From Clostridiales bacterium (GTDB lineage: Bacteria; Bacillota; Clostridia; Oscillospirales; QAKW01), in contig QAKW01000083.1 in assembly GCA_003343605.1 (NCBI GenBank), positions 1 through 61,375 on the forward strand: a stretch of DNA of 61,375 nt, in the 5' to 3' direction. Positions 1-9,785 of this stretch are shown here, in pieces; positions within the stretch are counted from its first letter, which is position 1; each line of letters begins with the position of its first letter. A program made the position numbers and the translations under genes. The notes below the pieces were generated by a model. It made no database searches. It was not told where the DNA came from and saw only the letters and a program-made list of their open reading frames with translations.

Positions 1-264
1 AATATATTTTTCCAACGGATCATCCAGTGAAATCTTTCCCTGCTCTGCCAGATGCATTAAACCTGCGCAGGTCAGTATTTTTGTGCAGGAATAAAGATAG
101 TAATAAGAATGCGTTCCAGCCGGTTCGGTATTCAAATAGTCGCAAAAGCCATATTGCCGGCGAAATACCAGTTTCCCATGATGGTATATTAAAAGATCAC
201 AGCCAGGAATTCTGGCGCTTGGAACTTCCTGCGCCATAAACCGGTTCAATGCCTCAAAAGACAT
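1..264 (-). CDS. Serine hydrolase / beta-lactamase-family protein, first 88 codons only (gene runs off the left edge)
   Basis: Absent from the ORF track because no stop codon lies in the window. Hand translation of the minus strand from the ATG at 264-262 gives MSFEALNRFMAQEVPSARIPGCDLLIYHHGKLVFRRQYGFCDYLNTEPAGTHSYYYLYSCTKILTCAGLMHLAEQGKISLDDPLEKYI. It carries an S-x-x-K motif (SCTK) where class C beta-lactamase/PBP-like hydrolases have it. AAAGGAGGGG lies just upstream, and the start overlaps the stop of the upstream ABC gene. Confidence 0.6.
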   Translation of the reverse strand, partial: MSFEALNRFMAQEVPSARIPGCDLLIYHHGKLVFRRQYGFCDYLNTEPAGTHSYYYLYSCTKILTCAGLMHLAEQGKISLDDPLEKYI

Positions 265-2125
265 TTCCTACCCCTCCTTTTTGCTTTCTTTTTTCATAAT
301 CATCCAACGCGTAGCGAAACTGTGTTTCATAGAGCTGCCTGTAAACGCCGCCCTGCTCTACCAGCGCCTGATGCGTTCCTTTTTCCACAATCCTACCCTG
401 CTCCATCACCAGTATTTCGTCTGCGGCAAGAATCGTTGTCAGCCGGTGGGCAATCACAATCGCTGTTCGCCCCCGCAGAAGCGGATCAATGGCTTTTTGA
501 ATCAGGCTTTCAGAAATAGAATCCAGTGAAGAGGTTGCTTCATCCAAAATCAAAACCTTCGGATTTTTCAAAATCGCCCGGGCAATAGAAAGACGCTGCT
601 TCTCGCCGCCGCTCAATTTAAAGCCGCGATTTCCAACCGGGGTGTCATAGCCCTGCGGCAGCGTCATAATAAAATCATGGATGTTTGCATCTCTGCAGGC
701 CGCTATGAGCTCCGCCTCATCCGCATCCCATTTCGCATATAAAAGATTGGCCCGGATGGTATCGTTAAAAAGATAGGTTTCCTGCGTCACCATGGCAATC
801 TGCTGCCGCAGGGCGGAAAGATCCCATTGCCGCACATCCACGCCATCCAGTGTAAGCGAGCCTTCCTCCACATCGTAAAGGCGAGGGATCAGATTTACCA
901 GTGTTGATTTTCCTCCGCCGCTCGCACCAACGATTGCAATGGTTTTACCCGCGTCTACCCGAAAAGAAATCCGGCGCAGCAGTTCCTTCTCTCTGGAATA
1001 GGAAAAGGAAACGTTCTCAAAGCAGATCGTTCCCTGCACCTCTGCCGGGCGGTAACCATCCGGCGGGTTTACAACATCGGGCTTCAAATCGAAATATTCA
1101 AAAATCCGCGTAAAAAGTGCCATGGAACGGATGAGATCCGCTTGTACATTAAGTAATTGATCAACCGGATTATACAGTTTGTTTACCAGCGTTACCATAA
1201 TGGTCACGTCTCCCACCGTAAGCTGCATATTCCCAAAATGATACATAATCAGCCCGGCGGCCACATAAATCAGCAGCGGTCCCATATTTTTCAGGATTCG
1301 TAATCCCCGCCAAAACCAAAGCCCCACCAGACGTTCCCGAATGGCCAATTTTGTGGAGCGAAGATTCACCTGCCGGTAAGCTTCATATTCTCGGTCTTCA
1401 TTGGTAAAAAGCTTTGTCAGCAACTGGCCGCTGACGCTTAAGGATTCATTGAGAATCTGATTCGCCTGATCCCGCTGGCGCTGCGTTTCATCCGCGATCT
1501 GCCAGCGTTTTCTGCCAACCGCACGCGTGGGAAGAACCAGAAAGGGGACCAGCGCAACGCCAACCAGCGCCAAAATCCAGTTTTTCTGAAACAGCGTGAT
1601 CAAAACGATAACGACCGTTGCCACATTGCTGAAAAAATGAACAAACGTATTTGAAATTACCGCCTGCACGCCGCTGATATCCTCGGTCATCCGCGTAATA
1701 ATATCGCCCTGCCGGTTGGCAGTAAAGAACCGATGCCCCATTTTTTGCAAATGGGCAAACATTTTATTGCGCATATCATAGGTGATGAACTGGCCGATCC
1801 AGGTTGTAAGCAGCACCTCCCCGATTGATACCAGATTGGAAAGCACCAAAACCAGAAGGGAGAGCAGTGCCAAACGAATCAAAAGCGCAAGATCCCCGCC
1901 GTAAAGACCTCCGTCTATCATTTTGCCGGTCAGGATCGAGGGGATCACGCCCAGTATGCCGGAAACAGCAATACAGACCAAAACCAGCCCCAGCTGAAAG
2001 CGATAGGGCCGCAGATAGGAAAGGATCCGCCGCACCAGGCTCTTTGTGAGCTTCGGGCGGTTTTTCTTTTCTTCTTCCGTCAGGGCGCGTCGCGGCCCGC
2101 GCGGGCCGCCTGGCATCATCGCCAT
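254..2125 (-). CDS. ABC transporter, fused permease/ATP-binding protein (MsbA/multidrug-exporter type)
   Basis: 623 aa. The N-terminal half is hydrophobic (six predicted TM segments). The C-terminal NBD has Walker A GASGGGKST, signature LSGGEKQR and Walker B LILDEATSSLD. Confidence 0.9.
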   Translation of the reverse strand: MAMMPGGPRGPRRALTEEEKKNRPKLTKSLVRRILSYLRPYRFQLGLVLVCIAVSGILGVIPSILTGKMIDGGLYGGDLALLIRLALLSLLVLVLSNLVSIGEVLLTTWIGQFITYDMRNKMFAHLQKMGHRFFTANRQGDIITRMTEDISGVQAVISNTFVHFFSNVATVVIVLITLFQKNWILALVGVALVPFLVLPTRAVGRKRWQIADETQRQRDQANQILNESLSVSGQLLTKLFTNEDREYEAYRQVNLRSTKLAIRERLVGLWFWRGLRILKNMGPLLIYVAAGLIMYHFGNMQLTVGDVTIMVTLVNKLYNPVDQLLNVQADLIRSMALFTRIFEYFDLKPDVVNPPDGYRPAEVQGTICFENVSFSYSREKELLRRISFRVDAGKTIAIVGASGGGKSTLVNLIPRLYDVEEGSLTLDGVDVRQWDLSALRQQIAMVTQETYLFNDTIRANLLYAKWDADEAELIAACRDANIHDFIMTLPQGYDTPVGNRGFKLSGGEKQRLSIARAILKNPKVLILDEATSSLDSISESLIQKAIDPLLRGRTAIVIAHRLTTILAADEILVMEQGRIVEKGTHQALVEQGGVYRQLYETQFRYALDDYEKRKQKGGVGNVF

Positions 2126-2136
2126 TCTGTCATCTC

Positions 2137-2658
2137 CTACTGAATTCTGGAAATCAGAAGCTGCTGATCCGCCAGATAGTCATAAAGACGCGTACTGCCG
2201 CGCGGATCTTCCCCTGTTCCATACCGGCTGTCATACCGAATGGCAAAAACCGATTCGTTTTCATCCTGAATATACGGATTGCGCGGCGGATTTACAGAAC
2301 CGCTCCCCGCCGCAAAACCGCCGGCATAAATCACCCGGTTTCCAATAGCCATTACAAAAAGATCCTCCGGCCCGGCCTGAAAAAGCCGGGATCCGCCATC
2401 CTGCATATTTCCCAGCGCATTGATATCTTGCAGCTGCACCCGGTGCTCCGCCCAGAGATAACCCTTGATATTCGCACCGGTAAAGGCAAGACGGCCTTTC
2501 TTTTTAGCCAGCTTGAGCAATGCCTCCCCATCCAGGTCCGCGCTGCTCAGCAGATCTGCGCTGACTACATAAAACTTCAAATCTTCTTTGGTTTTTTGAC
2601 AGGCGCACAGCGTTCCCAGCAATACCAATGCCGCCGCCAAAGCAATAAAACGTTTCAT
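2137..2658 (-). CDS. Lipoprotein of unknown function
   Basis: 173 aa with a signal peptide and Cys-containing lipobox-like end (LLGTLCAC). It sits 11 nt downstream of the next lipoprotein gene on the same strand. No family recognised. Confidence 0.55.
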   Translation of the reverse strand: MKRFIALAAALVLLGTLCACQKTKEDLKFYVVSADLLSSADLDGEALLKLAKKKGRLAFTGANIKGYLWAEHRVQLQDINALGNMQDGGSRLFQAGPEDLFVMAIGNRVIYAGGFAAGSGSVNPPRNPYIQDENESVFAIRYDSRYGTGEDPRGSTRLYDYLADQQLLISRIQ

Positions 2659-2662
2659 TTTC

Positions 2663-3697
2663 TCACCTCAGCGAATAGGCCGAAACGGTTCCATCGGCCT
2701 TTTGCAGCGATGCCGAAGCAAGGCTACCGTGCCCTGCACCAAAATTCAGATAGAGCACCGCGCCGTCTAAAAGCTGGTAGGCATCCCGGTAATTCCCTTC
2801 TGTTCCTTCAAACCAGTCGGGCGCGCCATACTGCTGATAAATTTCAGAGGGCTTTGCATTCTTTTTCAGCGTGTTAAAAAGATTCAGGTTCTTGGTTTCG
2901 CGATAGAAGCCTTTCGGCTTTTCTTCTTCACCCCAGCTTCCCAGATAAACAGATGCTTCGCTGCCCTTCACCATTCGAACTGCGCGCAGATTTTCCCGTG
3001 CGTAGCCGTAATCCAGATAAAGATTGCTGCCATCATCCATGGTATAAACATCGATCAGATAACTATCTTTCTTAAAAGACACAGAGCTGTAACTATTGGG
3101 TTTGCCCAGCGCCGAAACCACCGTCTCACGGCTGACGCCGACCTTCAGAATCTGCTCGGCAAGGCTATAGCTGTATCTCTTTGAGGCAAAATAGCCGCCT
3201 TCTTCCGTTTGCCCGCTCTGCACGCCAGAGGAGGCGCCGCCTTGTTCAGAGCCCTGGGGATTGGTTTGATTGCCAACGCCTGTATTCCCGGCATTGCCGT
3301 TTTGGCTGGTGCTGCTCTTTAATATGCCAATGCTTACCAAATATTCAAACAGATCATTTTTTTCTCCGGCAGCGGTTGTATAAACGGCCGTTTTAACCAC
3401 CTCCCGCTCATTATAGGTCAGCGCAAGGGTAGCGCCGTCCTGCAGGCGGTAGGTATAGGTATTTCCATCGGAAATCATATAAGACTGGGGGCTTCCGAGC
3501 GCTGTGAGCACTTCGCTGCGCGTGGTGCTTACAGAAAAGAAATAAAGATCCTGCTCCAATATCGCACTTTTTTGAATCACGCCAAAACCGGTGCCGCCGC
3601 TGTCTTCTCGTTCATAATCGGGCGCCTTTTTTTTACAGCCGGATGCATTGAGCAGTAAGATCATGCACAGAAAAAATGATAGCATCCGTTTGTTCAT
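2663..3697 (-). CDS. Lipoprotein with three internal repeats, unknown function
   Basis: 344 aa with lipobox LNASGC and a Gly/Ser/Gln-rich linker. There are three copies of a roughly 60-aa module ending in a x-DG-x-L-x-L-x-Y/F pattern (LQDGATLALTYN, MDDGSNLYLDYG, LLDGAVLYLNFG). The start overlaps the ribF stop (ATGA-type coupling). Confidence 0.6.
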   Translation of the reverse strand: MNKRMLSFFLCMILLLNASGCKKKAPDYEREDSGGTGFGVIQKSAILEQDLYFFSVSTTRSEVLTALGSPQSYMISDGNTYTYRLQDGATLALTYNEREVVKTAVYTTAAGEKNDLFEYLVSIGILKSSTSQNGNAGNTGVGNQTNPQGSEQGGASSGVQSGQTEEGGYFASKRYSYSLAEQILKVGVSRETVVSALGKPNSYSSVSFKKDSYLIDVYTMDDGSNLYLDYGYARENLRAVRMVKGSEASVYLGSWGEEEKPKGFYRETKNLNLFNTLKKNAKPSEIYQQYGAPDWFEGTEGNYRDAYQLLDGAVLYLNFGAGHGSLASASLQKADGTVSAYSLR

Positions 3698-4557
3698 TTT
3701 AACATCTCCAATCTTGTAAGGCTATGCTCCCCGTCCTTTTGAATTTGTGCAAACAATTGTTCCCTGCTTTCAAATCTGGTTTCCTTGCGCAAATACGCTT
3801 TCAGCTCAATCCGGATTTCACAGCCGTATAAATCCGGTGAATCGCGCAGTATATGCGCCTCCAGATTCGGTTCTCCGCCTGATTCCACCGTTGGCCGCAC
3901 ACCGATATTTGCCGCCGCCGGGTATCGGCTTCCCTCCGCTTCCACCCAGGCGGCATAAACACCATAGGGGGGTAAGAGCTGGCGGCTGCTCAGGGGAATA
4001 TTGACTGTTGGCTGCCCATACTGCCGCGCAAGCCCTTTCCCGCGGCAGACCTCGCCCATCAGGCAAAATGGATGCCCAAGCCGCGCTTCGGCCTGCTCAA
4101 GTTCTCCCGCTTCCAGATAGGTGCGGATCATCGATGAGCTGACGCGCAGATCCTCCACCATCAGACTCTTTAATTTTTTTACAGTAATCCCGCGGCTGAT
4201 CAGCGTAAATTCATTTCCTTTCCGGTCTTTGCCAAAATGGAAATCCTGGCCGCATACAAGCCCCACGACCTGCAGCTCTTCCTTAAGAAAATGATCGGTA
4301 AAATCCTCCGCCGCCATCTCTTTCCACTGCTCAAAGTGCAGAACCTGCCAATGCTCTATGCCGTATTGACTGAAATACCAGTCTTTTACCCGGTTATCCG
4401 TGATTATCTTCTGGCCTTTGGTATTGGCATCAAACGAGAGGACCATCGGTTCGGCATGCAGCGAAGCCGCCCATTCATTCAGCTGAAGAAGAATCTGCTG
4501 ATGTCCGCGATGGACACCGTCAAAATCCCCGATTGCAATCACACGATTCGGCATCAT
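3694..4557 (-). CDS. ribF: Bifunctional riboflavin kinase / FAD synthetase
   Basis: 287 aa. N-terminal nucleotidyltransferase motif IGDFDGVHRGHQ, and a C-terminal riboflavin kinase region (PTVNIP, GVYAAWV, ANIGVRPT, LEAHIL). Its position after truB is canonical. Confidence 0.9.
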   Translation of the reverse strand: MMPNRVIAIGDFDGVHRGHQQILLQLNEWAASLHAEPMVLSFDANTKGQKIITDNRVKDWYFSQYGIEHWQVLHFEQWKEMAAEDFTDHFLKEELQVVGLVCGQDFHFGKDRKGNEFTLISRGITVKKLKSLMVEDLRVSSSMIRTYLEAGELEQAEARLGHPFCLMGEVCRGKGLARQYGQPTVNIPLSSRQLLPPYGVYAAWVEAEGSRYPAAANIGVRPTVESGGEPNLEAHILRDSPDLYGCEIRIELKAYLRKETRFESREQLFAQIQKDGEHSLTRLEMLK

Positions 4558-5438
4558 AAATGTGTTACGACCTGAAAACAGGTCTCTCCATCCCTTTCAA
4601 TTTGATCTCCCAATCCGATCAGCTCCCCGCGCCGATAAACGGCACAAAGCCCGGATGGAAGATCCTTTAGTTTTCGTATGGACACCGCGCAGCCGTTGCG
4701 CAGCAATGTGGCAAAAAAATCTTCCGGCGTATACTGGGGAAGGCCGGCAAGTGCCTGCTCCAGAGAAATCAGGGCCGGCGGCACTTCTCCCCGCTCCAGC
4801 TGCTGCATCAATTCTTCCAACGGCACCGCCTGTTCTATCCGATACGGCCCCACTCGGGTCCGCCTGAGAGCCGTCATGGTTCCACAGGTGCCCGCCGCAG
4901 CCGCCAGATCAGAAAATAAAGTTCGGATATAAGTGCCTTTGGAACAATCCACCTCCAGCGTAGCCTCTGCACGTTCCGCATGAAAGGAAAGCAGCTTCAG
5001 GCGGTTGATCGTTACCGTTCGTTCCGGCACTTCCACCGCCCGGCCCGCCCGCGCATGGCGATAGAGCGGAACGCCCTCTACCTTGATCGCCGAATAAATC
5101 GGCGGGCGCTGCGTCAGCGTTCCGGTAAAAGCGGGAAGCAGTGCACTGAATTGTGCTTTATCAACGACCGCCGCTTTTTCCGCTATGATTTTACCGGTCA
5201 TATCCCCCGTATCTGTTTCAATTCCAAAGCGCAGGGTGCCGATATAGCGTTTCTGCCCGCCGGTCAGAAGCGAGCAAAGCTTGGTCGCCCGGCCAACCAT
5301 CACCGGCAGCAAGCCGGTTGCCATCGGATCAAGCGTTCCGCTGTGTCCGCATTTTTGTCCGCTGAGCCGTTTGATACGCGCCACCACGCCAAACGAAGTC
5401 ATTCCGGCCGGTTTATCAACCAAAAACAACCCGTTCAT
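4554..5438 (-). CDS. truB: tRNA pseudouridine(55) synthase
   Basis: 294 aa with VDKPAGMTS and the catalytic-Asp motif GHSGTLDPMATGLLPV. Overlaps the neighbouring genes by 4 nt on both sides. Confidence 0.92.
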   Translation of the reverse strand: MNGLFLVDKPAGMTSFGVVARIKRLSGQKCGHSGTLDPMATGLLPVMVGRATKLCSLLTGGQKRYIGTLRFGIETDTGDMTGKIIAEKAAVVDKAQFSALLPAFTGTLTQRPPIYSAIKVEGVPLYRHARAGRAVEVPERTVTINRLKLLSFHAERAEATLEVDCSKGTYIRTLFSDLAAAAGTCGTMTALRRTRVGPYRIEQAVPLEELMQQLERGEVPPALISLEQALAGLPQYTPEDFFATLLRNGCAVSIRKLKDLPSGLCAVYRRGELIGLGDQIERDGETCFQVVTHL

Positions 5439-6394
5439 TGCACCTTCTCCAATTCCTGCCGCAGCGTTTTCACCATACAGGCCTCCAGTGTCTCATACGC
5501 GCCACGCATAGAGCAGCCTGCCGCCATGCGATGACCGCCGCCGCCAAACAACGCGCAGATCTTTCCGCCGTCGAGCAGGCCGTTGGTCCGCAGCGAAACC
5601 TTATACTGCCCGGGCTCCGCTTCCTTAAATGTTGCCGCTACCACCGCCCCCTCGATCTGAATCGGCAGGGAGGAAATGGATTCCAGTTCATCTGCTCCGG
5701 CAGCGGTCTGCAGCAGCATCTCTCTGGAAATTAGCATGGTCACAATCCGGCCGCCTGCATAAAAGCGCAGTGTTTCCATCGCAAGCCGGTTGATCTCAAA
5801 TTCCGCCTGGCTCTTGGTTTGAAAAAGCCATCTGTTGAGCGCGGCTACGTCAAACTCCGTCTCCATTAAACGGGCCGCCTTCAGATGTGTGGCACGGGTA
5901 GTATTGCCATATTTAAAACAGCCGGTATCAGTAGCAATCGCCGTATAAAATGCGGCTGCGGCCCGCGGTGAAAGCGGGCCCAGTTCCTCTGCCAGATCCA
6001 CCAGAATCTCTCCGGTCGCCCCGGCAGCGGCATCGATATAATTCCATTTACCAAAATAGGGGTTGGTAGCATGATGGTCGATTACCAAATCGGCCTGTTT
6101 TGCAAACGCGGCATAGGCGCCGGCCATATCCGGTGCCGCAATGTCGATACAAACAAGCGCACCCTCCGGGGTTCCAAGCAGATCTGCACGGCCCCCGCTG
6201 AGAAAACGATAGCGCGGTGAAACCGGATCAGCACACAATACCTTTACCCGTTTCCCCAGGCTTTCCAGCAGATCCATCAGCCCGAAAGCACTGCCGAGCG
6301 TATCGCCATCCGGGCGCACATGACAAAAAAGCGTCAGTGTATCCTGGCTTTTTAAAAATGCAGCAATGTCCGGCAGTGCATTATTCTGATTCAT
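5435..6394 (-). CDS. nrnA: DHH/DHHA1 phosphoesterase (NrnA-like oligoribonuclease / pAp phosphatase)
   Basis: Motifs HVRPDGDTLGS, VIDHHATN and the DHHA1 motif GGGHRMAAG. The ORF-track start (6478) lies deep inside rbfA. I prefer the ATG at 6394 (MNQNNALPDIAAF...), which overlaps the rbfA end by 14 nt. Confidence 0.8.
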   Translation of the reverse strand: MNQNNALPDIAAFLKSQDTLTLFCHVRPDGDTLGSAFGLMDLLESLGKRVKVLCADPVSPRYRFLSGGRADLLGTPEGALVCIDIAAPDMAGAYAAFAKQADLVIDHHATNPYFGKWNYIDAAAGATGEILVDLAEELGPLSPRAAAAFYTAIATDTGCFKYGNTTRATHLKAARLMETEFDVAALNRWLFQTKSQAEFEINRLAMETLRFYAGGRIVTMLISREMLLQTAAGADELESISSLPIQIEGAVVAATFKEAEPGQYKVSLRTNGLLDGGKICALFGGGGHRMAAGCSMRGAYETLEACMVKTLRQELEKVQ

Positions 6395-6749
6395 CTGCTT
6401 CTTCCCCGTTGCCATCCAGCCCCAGTTCATGGAGCTTTTCATTGATATGCAGGCCATATTTGATAGAAGGATCTGCATGAAAGCTGAGTTCCGGCGTATA
6501 GCGCAGCCGCAGCCCGCGGGAAAGCGCGCCGCGGATATAGCTCCCGGAAGATTTGAGGCCTCTCAGCATGTCCTCTTCGCTGCCCTCCAGCGCTGAAACA
6601 AATACCTTGCATTCCTTTAAATCTCCGGTGGTCTCCACCGCCGTTACTGAAATCAGCTTTGGAACCCGCGGATCCTTCACTGTAGGAAGGATCCGCGCCA
6701 GCTCTTTGCGGATTTCTTCATTGATCCGTTCAATTCGATGCGTAGCCAT
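6381..6749 (-). CDS. rbfA: Ribosome-binding factor A
   Basis: 122 aa. The N-terminus RIERINEEIRKELARIL..KDPR is typical of RbfA, and it lies immediately downstream of infB. Confidence 0.9.
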   Translation of the reverse strand: MATHRIERINEEIRKELARILPTVKDPRVPKLISVTAVETTGDLKECKVFVSALEGSEEDMLRGLKSSGSYIRGALSRGLRLRYTPELSFHADPSIKYGLHINEKLHELGLDGNGEEADESE

Positions 6750-9220
6750 TATTCTTTAATCTCCTGCATTTCGAAGGCCTCTATGATGTCTCCTTCCTTC
6801 AGATCGTTATAATTCTCAATCGTCAGGCCGCATTCAAAGTTTTCCTGCACCTCCCTGACATCGTCTTTAAACCGTTTCAGAGACGCCAGCGTTCCCTCGA
6901 AAATCACCACATTGTCGCGAATCAGACGAATGGAGGCGTTGCGGGTAATCTTGCCGCTTTTCACATAACAGCCCGCCACTGTGCCGATTCCAGACACCCT
7001 GATCGTCTGCCGCACCTCTGCGCTGCCCAGCACCGCTTCTTTAAATTTAGGCGCCAGCATGCCCTTCATCGCGGCTTCGATCTCTTCAATACAATCATAA
7101 ATAACCCGGTAAAGCCGGATATCAACCGACGCCTTTTCCGCAGACGCCTTTGCATTGGCATCCGGCCGGATATTGAATCCCACAATGATCGCGCCAGAGG
7201 CCTCAGCCAGCATCACATCGCTTTCATTCACGCCCCCAACGCCGCTGTGGATCACCCTTACGCGAACCTCTTCGTTGGAAAGCTTCTCCAGAGAGGTTTT
7301 TACTGCCTCGGCAGAACCCTGAACATCTGCTTTCACAATAATGTTCAGATCTTTCATATTTCCCTCCTGAATCCGGGAGAACAAATCATCAAGCGATACC
7401 TTATACTGGCTCTGCGCCGCCAGCTTCTGATCATTTTTACGCTGGTCTGCCAGCTCTCTTGCCAGGCGCTCATCTTCCACAACAAAGAAATGGTCGCCGG
7501 CCTGCGGAACCTCCGCCAGGCCGATAATCTCCACCGGCGTGGAAGGCCCGGCCGATTTGATCCGGCGGCCTTTATCATCGGTCATGGCGCGGATCTTTCC
7601 TACTGCAGTTCCTGCAATAATAATATCCCCCATCCGGAGTGTTCCATTCTGAACCAGAACCGTCGCCACAGAGCCGCGGCCCTTATCCAGCTTCGCTTCA
7701 ATAACAGCACCCTTGGCCAGGCGATTGGGGTTGGCCTTGAAATCTTTCATCTCGGCAACCAGCAGCACCATCTCCAAAAGGGTATCAATTCCCTCATGCT
7801 TCAGCGCGGAAACCGGCACGCAGATCGTATCGCCGCCCCAGGCTTCCGGAACCAGTTCATATTCTGTCAGCTCCTGCATCACCCGATCGGGATTGGCGCC
7901 TTCCTTATCCATTTTATTGATCGCAACAATAATGGGAATTTCCGCAGCCTTCGCATGATTGATGGCTTCAACGGTCTGCGGCATGATGCCGTCGTCTGCC
8001 GCGACAACCAGAATGGCAATGTCTGTTACCGATGCGCCGCGGGCGCGCATGGCCGTAAAGGCGGCGTGCCCCGGCGTATCCAGAAACGTAATATCCTGCC
8101 CATTGCACTGCACTTTATAAGCACCGATATGCTGCGTAATACCGCCGGCCTCGCCGCTCACCACATTGGCATCGCGAATCGCATCCAGCAAAGAGGTTTT
8201 TCCGTGGTCTACATGGCCCATTACCACCACAACCGGGCAGCGCCCCACCAGCTCCGCTTCCTGATCTTCGCGATCGTCGATCAGGCGGTCTTCGATTGAA
8301 AGGATGATTTCTTTTTCAACGCGGATATCAAATTCCTCCGCGACCAGATAGGCGGTGTCGTAATCGATGATCTGGGAAGCACCGGCCATAATACCGAGCG
8401 ACATCAGCTTTTTAACAACCTGCGCCACATTAACCTTCATCCGAAGGGCAAGTTCGCTTACAGCAATCTCATCCGGTACCAGAATCTTCATTTTGGCCTG
8501 CTTCCGCTGCAGTTCGATTCTCTTCAAACGCTCCGCCTCCGTTTCTTTCTTTTTCTTCATGCCGTATTGACCCTGCCGCTGCCAATCCTTCTTTTTCTGA
8601 ATCTTCTGTTTAGAGGCGGTAAAGGTGTTGCGGTTTTCATGATTGCTGGCAAGATCCATCAGCTTATCGTCGTATTTTCCGAGATTCACATCGTTTGTTC
8701 TGGTATCAACAACGCGAACCGTCCGTTCGATTTTCTGCACCTGCCGGGGGCCGCGCTCTTTTTTCTTTGGCAGAGGCGCGTTATTTTGCGGTTTGGGTGC
8801 CGGCTGCGCAGCCGGCGCCTGCGTTTTTTGATCCGCGTGTTTATGTGTTGCAGGCTCCTGGGATTTAGGCCGCTGTTCCCGGGTGGGAAGCGGCTTCTTC
8901 TCCGGTGTTTTTTCCTGCACCTTCGGCTCTTTTCCCGAAGCCGCTTTTTCCCGCGGGCCTGCAGGCTCCTTTGGTACCGGAGCGGCTTTTTCCGGTTCCT
9001 TTTTCGGCTGATTGGCCAGCGCGAAATAGGCCGCAAAGCTCTCCACCTGGTTTTTTCTGGTATAATAATTAAAAAGATAGTCCAGCTCGCCCTGGGTTAA
9101 AACGGCCATATGGGTCCGTTCTTTCTTTTCAAAACGATCTAAAAGCTCCATGATATCGGCGCTTTTCATGCCAAAATCTTTTGCGAACTCATGAACTCTG
9201 TATTTCTGCTCCAAATTCAT
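6749..9220 (-). CDS. infB: Translation initiation factor IF-2
   Basis: GTPase motifs [17 protein letters not shown] and NKMD, with a K/E/P-rich low-complexity N-terminal region. Start moved to the ATG at 9220 ([17 protein letters not shown]), which is preceded by GAAGGGGG. The ORF-track start at 9256 has no RBS. Confidence 0.95.
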   Translation of the reverse strand: MNLEQKYRVHEFAKDFGMKSADIMELLDRFEKKERTHMAVLTQGELDYLFNYYTRKNQVESFAAYFALANQPKKEPEKAAPVPKEPAGPREKAASGKEPKVQEKTPEKKPLPTREQRPKSQEPATHKHADQKTQAPAAQPAPKPQNNAPLPKKKERGPRQVQKIERTVRVVDTRTNDVNLGKYDDKLMDLASNHENRNTFTASKQKIQKKKDWQRQGQYGMKKKKETEAERLKRIELQRKQAKMKILVPDEIAVSELALRMKVNVAQVVKKLMSLGIMAGASQIIDYDTAYLVAEEFDIRVEKEIILSIEDRLIDDREDQEAELVGRCPVVVVMGHVDHGKTSLLDAIRDANVVSGEAGGITQHIGAYKVQCNGQDITFLDTPGHAAFTAMRARGASVTDIAILVVAADDGIMPQTVEAINHAKAAEIPIIVAINKMDKEGANPDRVMQELTEYELVPEAWGGDTICVPVSALKHEGIDTLLEMVLLVAEMKDFKANPNRLAKGAVIEAKLDKGRGSVATVLVQNGTLRMGDIIIAGTAVGKIRAMTDDKGRRIKSAGPSTPVEIIGLAEVPQAGDHFFVVEDERLARELADQRKNDQKLAAQSQYKVSLDDLFSRIQEGNMKDLNIIVKADVQGSAEAVKTSLEKLSNEEVRVRVIHSGVGGVNESDVMLAEASGAIIVGFNIRPDANAKASAEKASVDIRLYRVIYDCIEEIEAAMKGMLAPKFKEAVLGSAEVRQTIRVSGIGTVAGCYVKSGKITRNASIRLIRDNVVIFEGTLASLKRFKDDVREVQENFECGLTIENYNDLKEGDIIEAFEMQEIKE

Positions 9221-9518
9221 TACCCCCTTCGATACATTTCCTGAGACTCCCGGCAAATCCCCGGTCTATTACACCAATCATACAGACCGGCTTGGTGCCG
9301 ATACTGGCGCCGAGAAGTTCTTTTCCAAACGGTACGCGCACTACCGGGATTTTAAAAGCCTGTGCCTGTGCCTCCATATTCCGCAGGCTTCTGGAAGAAA
9401 TATCTTCCGATAAAAGAATCATCTGCGTATTGCGAAGGCCCGAGACCACCATATCGTAACCATAGGTCAACCTGCCCGCTCTGCGTGCCAGACCCAGGGT
9501 CGATAAAAATTTATTCAC
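9189..9518 (-). CDS. ylxQ: L7Ae-family RNA-binding protein (YlxQ-like)
   Basis: Sequence [13 protein letters not shown]...[10 protein letters not shown] is typical of YlxQ. The likely GTG start at 9518 overlaps the ylxR stop (GTGAATAA). The 3' end overlaps infB by 32 nt. Confidence 0.7.
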   Translation of the reverse strand: MNKFLSTLGLARRAGRLTYGYDMVVSGLRNTQMILLSEDISSRSLRNMEAQAQAFKIPVVRVPFGKELLGASIGTKPVCMIGVIDRGFAGSLRKCIEGGNEFGAEIQSS

Positions 9519-9783
9519 TGCCGGCCAGCTCCTTTTGAATCTGCAGGTAAATTTCTTCCGGCACTGTTTTTCCAAAGCCGCGGTCCAGCGCCCGCGTTTT
9601 CAAGAGCTTCTTCAGGCATTCTTTCTCCCGGCAGAGATATGCGCCCCGGCCCGGCGCTTTTCCGGTTAAATCCAGGGCAATCACGCCCTCTTTATTCATC
9701 ACAACTCTTACCAATTCCTTCTTCGGCTTCATTTCCCGGCAGCACAGGCACATCCGCAGCGGTATTTTTTTTTCTTTCGCCAA
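9511..9783 (-). CDS. ylxR: YlxR/DUF448 RNA-binding protein
   Basis: 90 aa with RMCLCCREMKPKKELVRVV and GRGAYLC motifs. Its position between nusA and ylxQ is canonical. Confidence 0.85.
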   Translation of the reverse strand: MAKEKKIPLRMCLCCREMKPKKELVRVVMNKEGVIALDLTGKAPGRGAYLCREKECLKKLLKTRALDRGFGKTVPEEIYLQIQKELAGSE

Positions 9784-9785
9784 GC

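Noticed and set aside
27-239. 70-aa plus-strand ORF at the left edge.
   Set aside because: The minus strand here encodes the N-terminus of a serine hydrolase with an SxxK motif and a strong RBS (see feature 1-264). The plus-strand ORF is its shadow.
5435-6478. N-terminally extended ORF-track models. Examples are nrnA from 6478, infB from 9256, ylxQ from 9575, U32 from 22724, AEC from 28690, permease from 35925, ATPase from 36850, SBP from 38189, and several TTG/GTG-initiated versions.
   Set aside because: The extensions overlap upstream genes or lack ribosome-binding sites. Internal starts with GGAGG-like sequences at 5-10 nt, and family-typical N-termini, were preferred (see individual features).
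7247-8299. 350-aa plus-strand ORF, plus several shorter ones at 8367-9100, inside infB.
   Set aside because: They are antisense to IF-2, whose GTPase motifs are unambiguous. Their low-complexity R/L/F-rich translations mirror the K/E-rich IF-2 N-terminus.
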